Shown one piece after another: positions 46,667 to 54,425 of a stretch of DNA of 55,092 nucleotides; positions within the stretch are counted from its first letter, which is position 1; every line of letters begins with the position of its first letter. A program made the position numbers and the translations under genes. The notes beneath the pieces are model-generated. The model searched no databases, had not been told where the DNA came from, and worked only from the letters and a program-made list of their open reading frames with translations. The DNA comes from Myxococcales bacterium UBA4248 (lineage in GTDB: Bacteria; Myxococcota_A; Bradymonadia; UBA4248). Location: assembly GCA_002395385.1 (NCBI GenBank), contig DGWW01000224.1, forward strand, positions 1 to 55,092. The letters run 5' to 3'.

Positions 46667-47312
46667 AATGGATCAAGAACGATGTCACCTTCACTCGTTG
46701 ATGAGAGAATAATCTTTTCCAAAATATACTCAGGTTTTTGCGTTGGATGCTTTCCATGTTTCTTTTCAGATTGTGGTGTTAGTGCACCAACCCAGACATC
46801 TTTCATCTGTTTACCATCATTCATTTCTTTCATGGTTTCATAATTAAATTGATGGTGTGCTTTCTTATCATTCTTTCTTGCCCATAATATTGTTTCAGTG
46901 TTATGTGTGAAGCGGCGACAAGAAAGATTTGGAGGCGGATTTGTTTTTACCCAAGTGATATTGTTTAAAATTTTGTAGTTTTCTTCTTCAAGAGCCATTC
47001 CTATCGAATAGATATTATGAAGTGTACCGCTAATCCAAATCGTACCGTTTAATTTTAATACATTTTGACACAACCTAATCCATCTTCGATTAAAATCATG
47101 TTTTTCTTTTAATGAATCAATTTTATCCCAGCTGCTTTATTCACAGATACTGCTTTTCCACCACTGCACGTCATACCGTCGTTTGACAGAAAATAAGGTA
47201 GATCAGCAAAAATCATATCGAATCGATTTGGTTGAAGTAAAGCCAGTACTTCAAAGCTATCTCCTAATATCAGTTCTGAATATTGATCTTGATAGAATGA
47301 CTTGTACATCAC
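46642..47312 (-). pseudogene. DpnA-like N6-adenine DNA methyltransferase, degraded
   Basis: It closely follows the DpnA sequence (MIFAD-L-PYFLSN..., NGTIWISGTLHNIYSIGMALEEENYKILNNITWVKTNPPPNLSCRRFTHNTETILWARKNDKKAHH...[31 protein letters not shown]). Defects: a frameshift near 47130, DPPY changed to DLPY (CTA at 47199-47201), and loss of everything after DPFCG. Confidence 0.8.
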
Positions 47313-47320
47313 TTATTCTC

Positions 47321-48139
47321 TCAATAATTGGTAATAATAACTTCCTTTCCAACTCGTTTGGTTGCATCACAATTAATCATTCTTTTTACATCCAAATGAG
47401 TAAATTTGTAGTCATAATATAACTCTCTAACCAAATCGACATCATTGTTTGAAAGCATCAGTTTTGCACCGATACGATCAAGTTTCTTAAATAATTGAGC
47501 TAATCTTTCATGTTCAGCCATCCCGAATCCATCTTTAGCATAAGCTGTAAAATCAGCAGTCTTACTTTCTGGTACATACGGACTGTCAAAATATACAAAA
47601 TCATTTTGCTTAACATCTTGGCACGCTTCTTCGAAATCTGAGCATGTAATTTTTACTCCTGCTTTTTTTAAATATGCACCAATTGCTCGTATGTTTTCTT
47701 CATCAATGGATTTTCCCTTGGTTTTATTATTATAGGGAACATTAAACAATCCTTTGCTATTCACTCGATATAGACCATTAAAGCAATGTTTGTTAATCCA
47801 TATCATTAATGCGGCACATTCCAAATCCAATTTCTGGCTTGCAATCTTATGATTGTATCTTTCTCGCATTCCAAGATAATAATCTTTATCGCAATTCACC
47901 GCATCCATAGCATTCACATATTCAATAATATCTTCGGGTGAATTTTGCAATTGCCGATATAAATTAACAAGTTGACTGTTAATGTCATTAATTGTCGCTC
48001 TCTGAGGCACAATAGATAAAAGTACAGCAGCTCCACCAATGAACGGTTCATAGTAATGTTCATATTGTGTGGGAAGCAAAGATTTAATCGCAGGCAATAG
48101 CTGACTTTTGCCTCCAGCCCATTTTAATACCGGTGTCAT
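47321..48139 (-). CDS. dam: Dam/DpnM-like D12-class N6-adenine DNA methyltransferase (predicted GATC)
   Basis: Motifs: LKWAGGKSQLLP, YYEPFIGGAAVLL, NGLYRVNSKGLFNVPY, FVYFDSPYVP. The frame is intact. It is the first gene of a dpnM-dpnA-dpnB-ordered cassette. Confidence 0.85.
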   Translation of the reverse strand: MTPVLKWAGGKSQLLPAIKSLLPTQYEHYYEPFIGGAAVLLSIVPQRATINDINSQLVNLYRQLQNSPEDIIEYVNAMDAVNCDKDYYLGMRERYNHKIASQKLDLECAALMIWINKHCFNGLYRVNSKGLFNVPYNNKTKGKSIDEENIRAIGAYLKKAGVKITCSDFEEACQDVKQNDFVYFDSPYVPESKTADFTAYAKDGFGMAEHERLAQLFKKLDRIGAKLMLSNNDVDLVRELYYDYKFTHLDVKRMINCDATKRVGKEVIITNY

Positions 48140-48247
48140 TGGAAGTGGAAAGAGAAACATCACGTCTCCATTTTCTTAATGATGTGCTTAAGAGCCAACG
48201 CAAGTGCATTGCATGCACCAAGCGCATTATCCCACATCCCAGCGAGT

Positions 48248-48336
48248 ATAGCGAGGCAAAAAAAGGCGAGCCGTATGGGCTCCGCGCATAGGCGAGCCCA
48301 GAGGGCGTATTTGCGGCTTAAACGCCGCAAATAGCC
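48248..48336. repeat. Composite three-hairpin REP array (copy 2 of 3)
   Basis: ATAGCGAGGC..GCCGTATGggctccgcgCATAGGC..GGGCGTATTTGCGGcttaaaCGCCGCAAATAGCC, followed by cgTATGCGCCaaaGGCGCATAg at 48350-48371. Confidence 0.8.
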
Positions 48337-48377
48337 CGTTGGCGTCGATCGTATGCGCCAAAGGCGCATAGAGCGCG

Positions 48378-48480
48378 CCCCAAATACAAATAATCCCCAT
48401 CATTGCTGACGGGGATCTAACCTTTTGTACAGACGTTCCGTGGAACATCTCTTAAATGATTTTACCGATTTACGCGAATT
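48378..48480. repeat. Left copy of a ~103-bp direct repeat derived from the ppdK 3' end plus terminator
   Basis: It aligns with 53944-54046 at roughly 88-90 percent identity by hand count. It abuts the radical SAM stop codon. Confidence 0.85.
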
Positions 48481-49611
48481 CTATTCCATTCTGTTGCCTT
48501 GCCAGTATTTCATCTCATAATAATCACAGTGCAGAAGATTATCATTGTCATCATAGAGGTGTATGCCGTTTCCCTGACAAAGATCATACATTTCACAGGC
48601 AGCACAAATGCCTTTTTTAGTCCATCGGCGATCCCTGAATTTTTGGAAACGATTTTCCCAGACATCCATAAAATCATCTTTGTAGATATTGCCCTGAATA
48701 TGATTGCTTCGTATGCTGTTACAGGCTGAGATGGATCCGTCTATGAGAATACTGCCTACGGTTATACCGGCGTCGCATTGATAGAAGTTATCCCTGACTT
48801 CGCCCTCATAACAACCGGTAAAACCATCGCATGTGAAATTTGCATGAATTTTGTCTTCCTTGCGAGTATGGACGATAAAATCGAGCAGCTGTCGGATTTG
48901 GCCGCCATTGAGCAATAAATCCGGATTATTCTTGGCGCGGCCCATAGGCGCGATTGTCGCAAGACGCCATCTTTTGCATCCGGCAGAAATCAGGAAATCC
49001 CGGAATGAAGACAGATGCGGCAACAATGGCGGTGTGACACAGGTAATGACATCATAAAGCTTGAGTTTCGGGCACTGGACAAGGCATTGCAATGCTTTGA
49101 CTGCTCGCTGATGGGATTCGGGATTCTGGCGTATATCGTTGTGGATTTCAGGCGGACCGTCCAGACTAAGGGCTACGCGTTCCAGCCCTATGTCACAGAA
49201 TTGATCCAGTTTTTCTGCGGTCAGGAGCATACCATTGGTGACAAAAGTCCAGGAATATCCACGTTTGTATATTTCACGGCCAATATCATACAGATCCTCC
49301 CGAAGCAGGACTTCACCGCCTGCCAGGGATATCTGGAACATTTCCGGGTCAACTTTAGGTGCAATACTTTGATCGAGGACGCGGAAAAAATCTTCAGCCG
49401 GCATGTCTGGATGAATGTCTTGAGCCCGGCAGTCACTGCCGCAGTGACGACAATGAAGGTTGCAGCGATGGGTGCATTCCCATATCAGTGTCCACAAAGG
49501 GTGCTGCGTGACCCGTTCTTTAAAAAGAGATCTGGCGGCTTTTATGGCAAGCCATTTTTTTAACCCAAGATGACCAATTTCGTGACTATTGAATAGGATT
49601 TGTGTGAACAT
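48481..49611 (-). CDS. Radical SAM / SPASM-domain protein
   Basis: CNLHCRHC (CX3CX2C) cluster motif, GGEVLL, and C-terminal auxiliary-cluster cysteines (CDAG...CNS...CAACEMYDLC). Confidence 0.85.
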   Translation of the reverse strand: MFTQILFNSHEIGHLGLKKWLAIKAARSLFKERVTQHPLWTLIWECTHRCNLHCRHCGSDCRAQDIHPDMPAEDFFRVLDQSIAPKVDPEMFQISLAGGEVLLREDLYDIGREIYKRGYSWTFVTNGMLLTAEKLDQFCDIGLERVALSLDGPPEIHNDIRQNPESHQRAVKALQCLVQCPKLKLYDVITCVTPPLLPHLSSFRDFLISAGCKRWRLATIAPMGRAKNNPDLLLNGGQIRQLLDFIVHTRKEDKIHANFTCDGFTGCYEGEVRDNFYQCDAGITVGSILIDGSISACNSIRSNHIQGNIYKDDFMDVWENRFQKFRDRRWTKKGICAACEMYDLCQGNGIHLYDDNDNLLHCDYYEMKYWQGNRME

Positions 49612-49626
49612 GAGAACTGGAGTCGA

Positions 49627-50223
49627 TTAAAGATACAAATAAACTTGCTTTTTTGGCATTGGCTCTGGCCTTGGGGGCTGTGGTGGAGGGTAATCAGAGG
49701 AATGCGCTTTTGTTGTGTCTTTCTTTTTGGAATCAGATCCTTTACGTTTTGTGTCGTTTTGTGAAGACGCATCCTTTTTAGAATTCTTATCCGTTGAGAG
49801 CTCTGGAGATGGAGTGTCTGGAGTGGCAGAATCCTTTGTTTCTTGTGCCGTTTCTTCAGCTTTGGCTTCTATCGTTTTTATATCTTCTGCGTTTGTCTCT
49901 TCGGCTTTAATATCTTCTGCGTTTGTTTCTTCAGTTTTAATATTTTCTCTTTTAATCCCATCCGCATGAATCTCGTCGCCGGGAGCAGTCTGAGGTGTGG
50001 CTTGTTGTTCCGGAGGTTCAGCTGGCGTTGGAACATTGGAGTCAGCATTCACGTGTGAGTCTGCATTTTGGGGTTGTGCCTGACCGGGTACGGACACAGG
50101 ATTGTCTTTCTTTTGAGGTGAGGAATCACATCCGGCAACACAAAATGCAGCCATTCCACCAAATCCAAGGACTGTCATGATTTTGGTGAGCAGTCGGCGT
50201 TTTAATCTATATAGTAGGTTCAT
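49627..50223 (-). CDS. Low-complexity lipoprotein immediately upstream of the radical SAM gene
   Basis: MNLLYRLKRRLLTKIMTVLGFGGMAAFCVAGC lipobox. Pro/Glu/Thr/Lys-rich body with the tandem EETNAEDIK repeat. Distinct C-terminus PPPQPPRPEPMPKKQVYLYL. The gap to the rSAM gene is 15 nt. Confidence 0.7.
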   Translation of the reverse strand: MNLLYRLKRRLLTKIMTVLGFGGMAAFCVAGCDSSPQKKDNPVSVPGQAQPQNADSHVNADSNVPTPAEPPEQQATPQTAPGDEIHADGIKRENIKTEETNAEDIKAEETNAEDIKTIEAKAEETAQETKDSATPDTPSPELSTDKNSKKDASSQNDTKRKGSDSKKKDTTKAHSSDYPPPQPPRPEPMPKKQVYLYL

Positions 50224-50483
50224 AGCGTCCTCTGCCGTTTCGACGATTAAGACCATGCACTCCGATCATGATCGAGTAAACACGCAACTTTATCTCTTAT
50301 CCTACATTTTACGCGTAAAGCAATCGCAAAAATAGCGAGTTCGGTTGTGCAGAATTGAATAAGAGTTTTATGTTTGCCGTGCTATCACTACGCAATACGC
50401 TGCGGGGCAAACACGATTTGGTGTCGCCCGCAGATATCACAGACATAAGCTAAACATGATCACTAGCGGCTCAAGAGGATGCG

Positions 50484-51659
50484 TTATAAGCACAGTCTGA
50501 ATATATTTTCTACATCAGCAGGTGTGAGTGTTGAAAAACCAGTTAGTTTTCCTTTTGGAGCACAGGATTTTTTTGCCATAAGCGCAAAGTTTTTATCATC
50601 TATGCCAAGATCACTCAGCCGGCTCTTCAGTCCAAGTGTATTAAAGAAGAAATCCTCCATGGCTCCAATTGTAGCATTGGCGCCATCCATACTGTCAAGC
50701 GCAGGATCGACACCAAATACATTGACACCGAGCCTTTTGATTTTCGAAGCCGTATTTTCATTCAAAATGTATTTTAACCACTTCGGAATGACGATTGCCA
50801 GACCATGACCATGGGTAATATCATAAAATGCGGATAGTTCATGCTCAATCATGTGACATATCGCATCCTGTGATATACCACTGAAAAGAAAACCATTCAG
50901 CGCCCATGAGGAAGCCCACATGAGATTCGCGCGAGCTTCATAATCATTCGGAGTTTTAATGGCAACAGGGGCATATTTTACGACTGTCTTCAGCACTTCT
51001 TCCTGAATGCGTGTGAGCATGTCCATTTCCTCCTGATCGGAGAAATACGCCACATCAAAGATATGCGCCATGATATCAACACTTCCGCTCGCGGTCTGAT
51101 AGGCGGATACACTGAATGTAGTTGTCGGGTCAAGAAAAGATACATTTGGCCTGAGCGTTGGTCCAAAGATAGGTCTCTTCTCGTTAAGTTCAACATTGCT
51201 GATGACGCCGCCGATATCCATTTCCGATCCTGTTGCTGATAATGTTAGAACCGAAATGATCGGAAGATTGTCTGGAACAAAAGCCTTTCCGGATATGATA
51301 TCCCAACAGTCATCCCCCTCGTATTTGGCTGTTGCTGCGATTGCCTTTGTCGCATCAATCGTTGATCCGCCGCCTACAGCAAGCAAGACATCAATACCCT
51401 CTTTTTTGCAAATGGCCGCACCTTTATTCACCGTGGTATGATGTGGATTGGGTTCAATACCCGGCAGTTCGTATATTATCATATCTGCTTTTTTAAGCTC
51501 ATCTATAACTTTATCATACAATCCAATTCTTTTGATAGAACCCCCACCGTAGACAAGCAGGACTTTTTTGCCAAACCTGGATATTTCCTCGCTCAGATGA
51601 TGCAATTGATTCTTTCCGAAATAAACCTTTGTTGTGTTGCTAAAAACGAAATCTTTCAT
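50484..51659 (-). CDS. Iron-containing (group III) alcohol dehydrogenase, butanol-dehydrogenase-like
   Basis: VLLVYGGGSIKR, LAVGGGSTIDATKAIA, and the His cluster HMIEHELSAFYDITHGHGLA. The start is set at MKDFVF after a GGAG ribosome-binding site. Confidence 0.85.
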   Translation of the reverse strand: MKDFVFSNTTKVYFGKNQLHHLSEEISRFGKKVLLVYGGGSIKRIGLYDKVIDELKKADMIIYELPGIEPNPHHTTVNKGAAICKKEGIDVLLAVGGGSTIDATKAIAATAKYEGDDCWDIISGKAFVPDNLPIISVLTLSATGSEMDIGGVISNVELNEKRPIFGPTLRPNVSFLDPTTTFSVSAYQTASGSVDIMAHIFDVAYFSDQEEMDMLTRIQEEVLKTVVKYAPVAIKTPNDYEARANLMWASSWALNGFLFSGISQDAICHMIEHELSAFYDITHGHGLAIVIPKWLKYILNENTASKIKRLGVNVFGVDPALDSMDGANATIGAMEDFFFNTLGLKSRLSDLGIDDKNFALMAKKSCAPKGKLTGFSTLTPADVENIFRLCL

Positions 51660-51977
51660 ACCAGCTCTCCTCTTAAGATTTAGCATTTGCATGATAGCGA
51701 GTGTAACCACGCAAGCCGAATTGGAACCTCCAATAGCCCGCACTGCTCATTCGCATAATCACACTTCGATGTCAATCACATCCTGTGCCACCTCTTTAGC
51801 TGTCTTTTTGGCAGACTTACGCTGTTTGAGCGCAGTTTTCTTGGATTGGATGCGCGTGTTCATTTCGGCGATGAGTGATGCGAATAGAAACGATGGCAAG
51901 GCTGTTGATGAGGTTGCAAAGCGGGTTTTATGCAGCTTCAGCATTGGCGCGGACGTCTTGATTTTTTATGCGCTGCC

Positions 51978-52065
51978 GTGCTATCGGCAAAGAGCCGTGT
52001 CACGACACGGCTCTACTTGCCGATACGCACGGTGTTCGGCGCTATCGGCATTGCCGATACGCGCC
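51978..52065. repeat. REP frame copy (GTGCTAT...ATACGCAC...GGCGCTAT...ATACGCGCC)
   Basis: The inner palindrome GAGCCGTGTCACGACACGGCTC is a compensated variant of GAGACGTGTCACGACACGTCTC. Confidence 0.85.
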
Positions 52066-52082
52066 TCATTGTTCATTGCTTT

Positions 52083-53084
52083 TCAATCTCCAATCACTTC
52101 CCAGTACCCATTTTTATTAGCTCCATGTCGTATTAACTTATTGTCATCCTTTAGTTTCGCAATAATTCTCTGAACCTGTCGATAAGTAATATTGAGTGAA
52201 GCCGCCATTTCTTTAGCGGTTAATGAGCCGTCTTGCTTTAAAAGCGCAAGGAGCTTATCTTCATTTGTTACGACATTTAATGCGACATTTATTGCGACAT
52301 CCACTTTGTCATCATGCGTCTGAGCATGATGCAAATCCATTAATGCGTCACGAATCATCGTAAGCATAAAAGTAACAAATTGTGTCGAATGCCCAACTAA
52401 ATTAGATTGATGAAGAGCTTCATAATATGCCTGCTGATTTCTATGAACAAGTGTTTCAACAGGAAGCCATGCAAATATATCTTTCCATTGTCGCAGTATC
52501 AATGATTGCCACAAGCGGCCAGTACGTCCGTTTCCATCTGCGAATGGATGTATAAATTCAAATTCATAATGAAATATACAGCTTTTTACTAATGGATGAT
52601 ACTTTGATTTCTTTAGCCAATTCATGAGTTGATCCATCAATTCAGGAACCAGTTTTGCAGGGGAACCAGGATGCACAAGCTCATCACCTGCATAAACACC
52701 GACGTTACCATTCCTGAATGTCCCCGCTTCTTTGACCAGTCCATCCATCATCAATTTATGAGCATATAACAAGTTCTTAATATTATATGGATCTAAATCC
52801 GAGAGCTGCTCATAAGCCTGAAATGCATTCTGAACCTCTCGAATCTCCTGTGGAGGTCCCCATACATGTTTGCCATCGATAACATCAGTGACTTGTTCCA
52901 ATGATAAAGAATTATTTTCAATGGCAAGTGATGAATGAATAGTTTTAATTCTATTTTCTCTGCGTAAAACAGGATCCTTTCTCATGTTAGCCAAAACACT
53001 GATTTCACCGACATATTCACCGATCTCGACGATGAGATTGGTAATTTCTTCAGTCATTTGAAATGGCGGTTGGTATTTGTCCAT
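52083..53084 (-). CDS. Fic-family protein (class II, intramolecular inhibitory motif) with a C-terminal wHTH
   Basis: Fic motif HPFADGNGRTGR. N-terminal SLAIEN matches the (S/T)xxxE(G/N) inhibitory helix. C-terminal HTH LTAKEMAASLNITYRQVQRIIAKL. Confidence 0.9.
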   Translation of the reverse strand: MDKYQPPFQMTEEITNLIVEIGEYVGEISVLANMRKDPVLRRENRIKTIHSSLAIENNSLSLEQVTDVIDGKHVWGPPQEIREVQNAFQAYEQLSDLDPYNIKNLLYAHKLMMDGLVKEAGTFRNGNVGVYAGDELVHPGSPAKLVPELMDQLMNWLKKSKYHPLVKSCIFHYEFEFIHPFADGNGRTGRLWQSLILRQWKDIFAWLPVETLVHRNQQAYYEALHQSNLVGHSTQFVTFMLTMIRDALMDLHHAQTHDDKVDVAINVALNVVTNEDKLLALLKQDGSLTAKEMAASLNITYRQVQRIIAKLKDDNKLIRHGANKNGYWEVIGD

Positions 53085-53128
53085 GTATGCTCCAAATTAA
53101 GTTGCCATATCGCGTATTGGCGTAACCA

Positions 53129-53206
53129 ATAGCGAGGCGGCCCGTCGGCCGTATGCGCGGCATAGGCCGACGCGCAGGGCGTATCGGCACAGCCGATAGC
53201 CCGCGC
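53129..53206. repeat. Composite three-hairpin REP array (copy 3 of 3)
   Basis: ATAGCGAGGC..GCCGTATGcgcggCATAGGC..GGGCGTATCGGCacaGCCGATAGCC. Confidence 0.8.
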
Positions 53207-53227
53207 CACATCAAAAAAAATAATAAA

Positions 53228-53581
53228 TCAATGAACAGTTTCTTTTTGAAGAAATTCTCTGCATTGTTGCTTTAGTATAGGAACATCTTCGTTGAGTGCA
53301 ATCCAAAAAGATTCCAAATCAACCGCTCCATAATTGTGAACATAAAAGTTTCGAGTGTCTTTAATAATTCGCCATGGTATATGTGAAGTCTTTTGTTTAA
53401 TTTCTTCAGATAACAGTGATGACAATTCACCGATCTGGACGAGGCACATGGCACATGCATCCTGTAAAATTGAAGTATTCATAAATACTTCACGTTCAAA
53501 TTGATATGAGCTAAGATATTCATAAATACGTTCACAATATATAATAATTTTATCAATGATAAGTTTATCCCGCTGATTCAT
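53228..53581 (-). CDS. hepT: HepT-like (DUF86) RNase toxin
   Basis: Rx4HxY motif RNFYVHNY. It overlaps the upstream mntA-like gene by 17 nt. Confidence 0.8.
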   Translation of the reverse strand: MNQRDKLIIDKIIIYCERIYEYLSSYQFEREVFMNTSILQDACAMCLVQIGELSSLLSEEIKQKTSHIPWRIIKDTRNFYVHNYGAVDLESFWIALNEDVPILKQQCREFLQKETVH

Positions 53582-53870
53582 AAATAGTGACCTCATCTGA
53601 AGCAATCATGCTCAAAAATTGCTGATCATTAGCCTCTGTCGTAATTAAATCAACTGGAATACACAGTGCATCTTCTACTGCCAGCCTGAAACCGGAGAGT
53701 TGAAAAAGTGATCGAATTTTTCCTTTTTTGATGATTAAATCCAAATCACTTTTCTCTGTTGCTGTTCCTTTGGAATACGAACCGAACACCGATACCTTTT
53801 CAACGCCGAAAGCTTCTGCAATTGGTTTGATCTTCTGAATGATTTGTTCAAGAGTGTAAAGCATAGACAC
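53565..53870 (-). CDS. mntA: MntA-like minimal nucleotidyltransferase antitoxin
   Basis: GSYSKGTATEKSDLDL (GSx10DxD) motif, 101 aa, upstream of hepT. Confidence 0.8.
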   Translation of the reverse strand: MSMLYTLEQIIQKIKPIAEAFGVEKVSVFGSYSKGTATEKSDLDLIIKKGKIRSLFQLSGFRLAVEDALCIPVDLITTEANDQQFLSMIASDEVTIYESAG

Positions 53871-53943
53871 CTCACTTGGCCCTCACAATCCCTGTTTCTT
53901 ATATCAAAAACAATGCCGCGAACAAACCCACAAATCAAACTAT

Positions 53944-54046
53944 CCCCAAAAACAAAAAAATCCCCGCCATTGCTGACGGGGATTAACCTTTTGTACAGAC
54001 GTTCCATGGAACGTCACTTAAATTACTTCACCGATTTACGCGGATT
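53944..54046. repeat. Right copy of the ~103-bp direct repeat (ppdK remnant 3' end + its terminator)
   Basis: It contains the last ~22 nt of the ppdK-remnant frame, the hairpin gacgttccatggaacgtc, and the terminator ATCCCCG-ccattgctga-CGGGGAT with T7 on the minus strand (53954-53983). Confidence 0.85.
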
Positions 54047-54425
54047 GGTAACCTGGCACTGAGCGGCCTTGATGATGGAACGATAGACCAAGACGCGGGA
54101 GCATGGATTAAGGGAGCGCGGCAGGAAGCAGTCGGCGGCGTCACGGGAAATGGGATAAGATCGGCGGCGGCGTCCAAAACGGCCTTGATCTGCATCTCGG
54201 GGATTTCGGGGTTCGTGATGGCCATACGGACCGAGCGGTGACCGAGCATCGGGTTCTCTTCCTGTTTCAGGCCGCTGTTGTGCGGGAAGAACTCATGGAG
54301 AGGAGCATCGAGCAAACGAATGGTCACGCCATAGCCGTCCATCACGGACATGCTGTGTTTGAAGTCTTCCTTGGAGAAGTTGTAGATGGCGTCGAGGGCT
54401 TTATCCCACCAGCACTTGATTAGTA
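54023..54425 (-). pseudogene. ppdK: Pyruvate phosphate dikinase (ppdK) C-terminal remnant with internal deletions
   Basis: ALDAIYNFSKEDFKHSMSVMDGYGVTIRLLDAPLHEFFPH...EENPMLGHRSVRMAITNPEIPEMQIKAVLDAA matches PPDK. A second frame continues ISRDAADCFL...SLNPCSRVLVYRSIIKAAQ (compare FSRDDAGKFL...GLNYVSCSPFRVPIARLAAAQ). About 200 residues are missing. Confidence 0.7.

Noticed and set aside
24897-47312. Explaining all frameshifts (the Rpn-like gene, three lipoprotein genes, dpnA-like, yhcG-like) as sequencing or assembly errors.
   Set aside because: This is only partly rejected. The lesions include nonsense substitutions, a catalytic-motif substitution and multi-hundred-bp deletions, which indel-type errors cannot produce, and none occurs in ~30 kb of core genes. 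Individual single-base indels, especially at the T8 tract, still need read-level confirmation.
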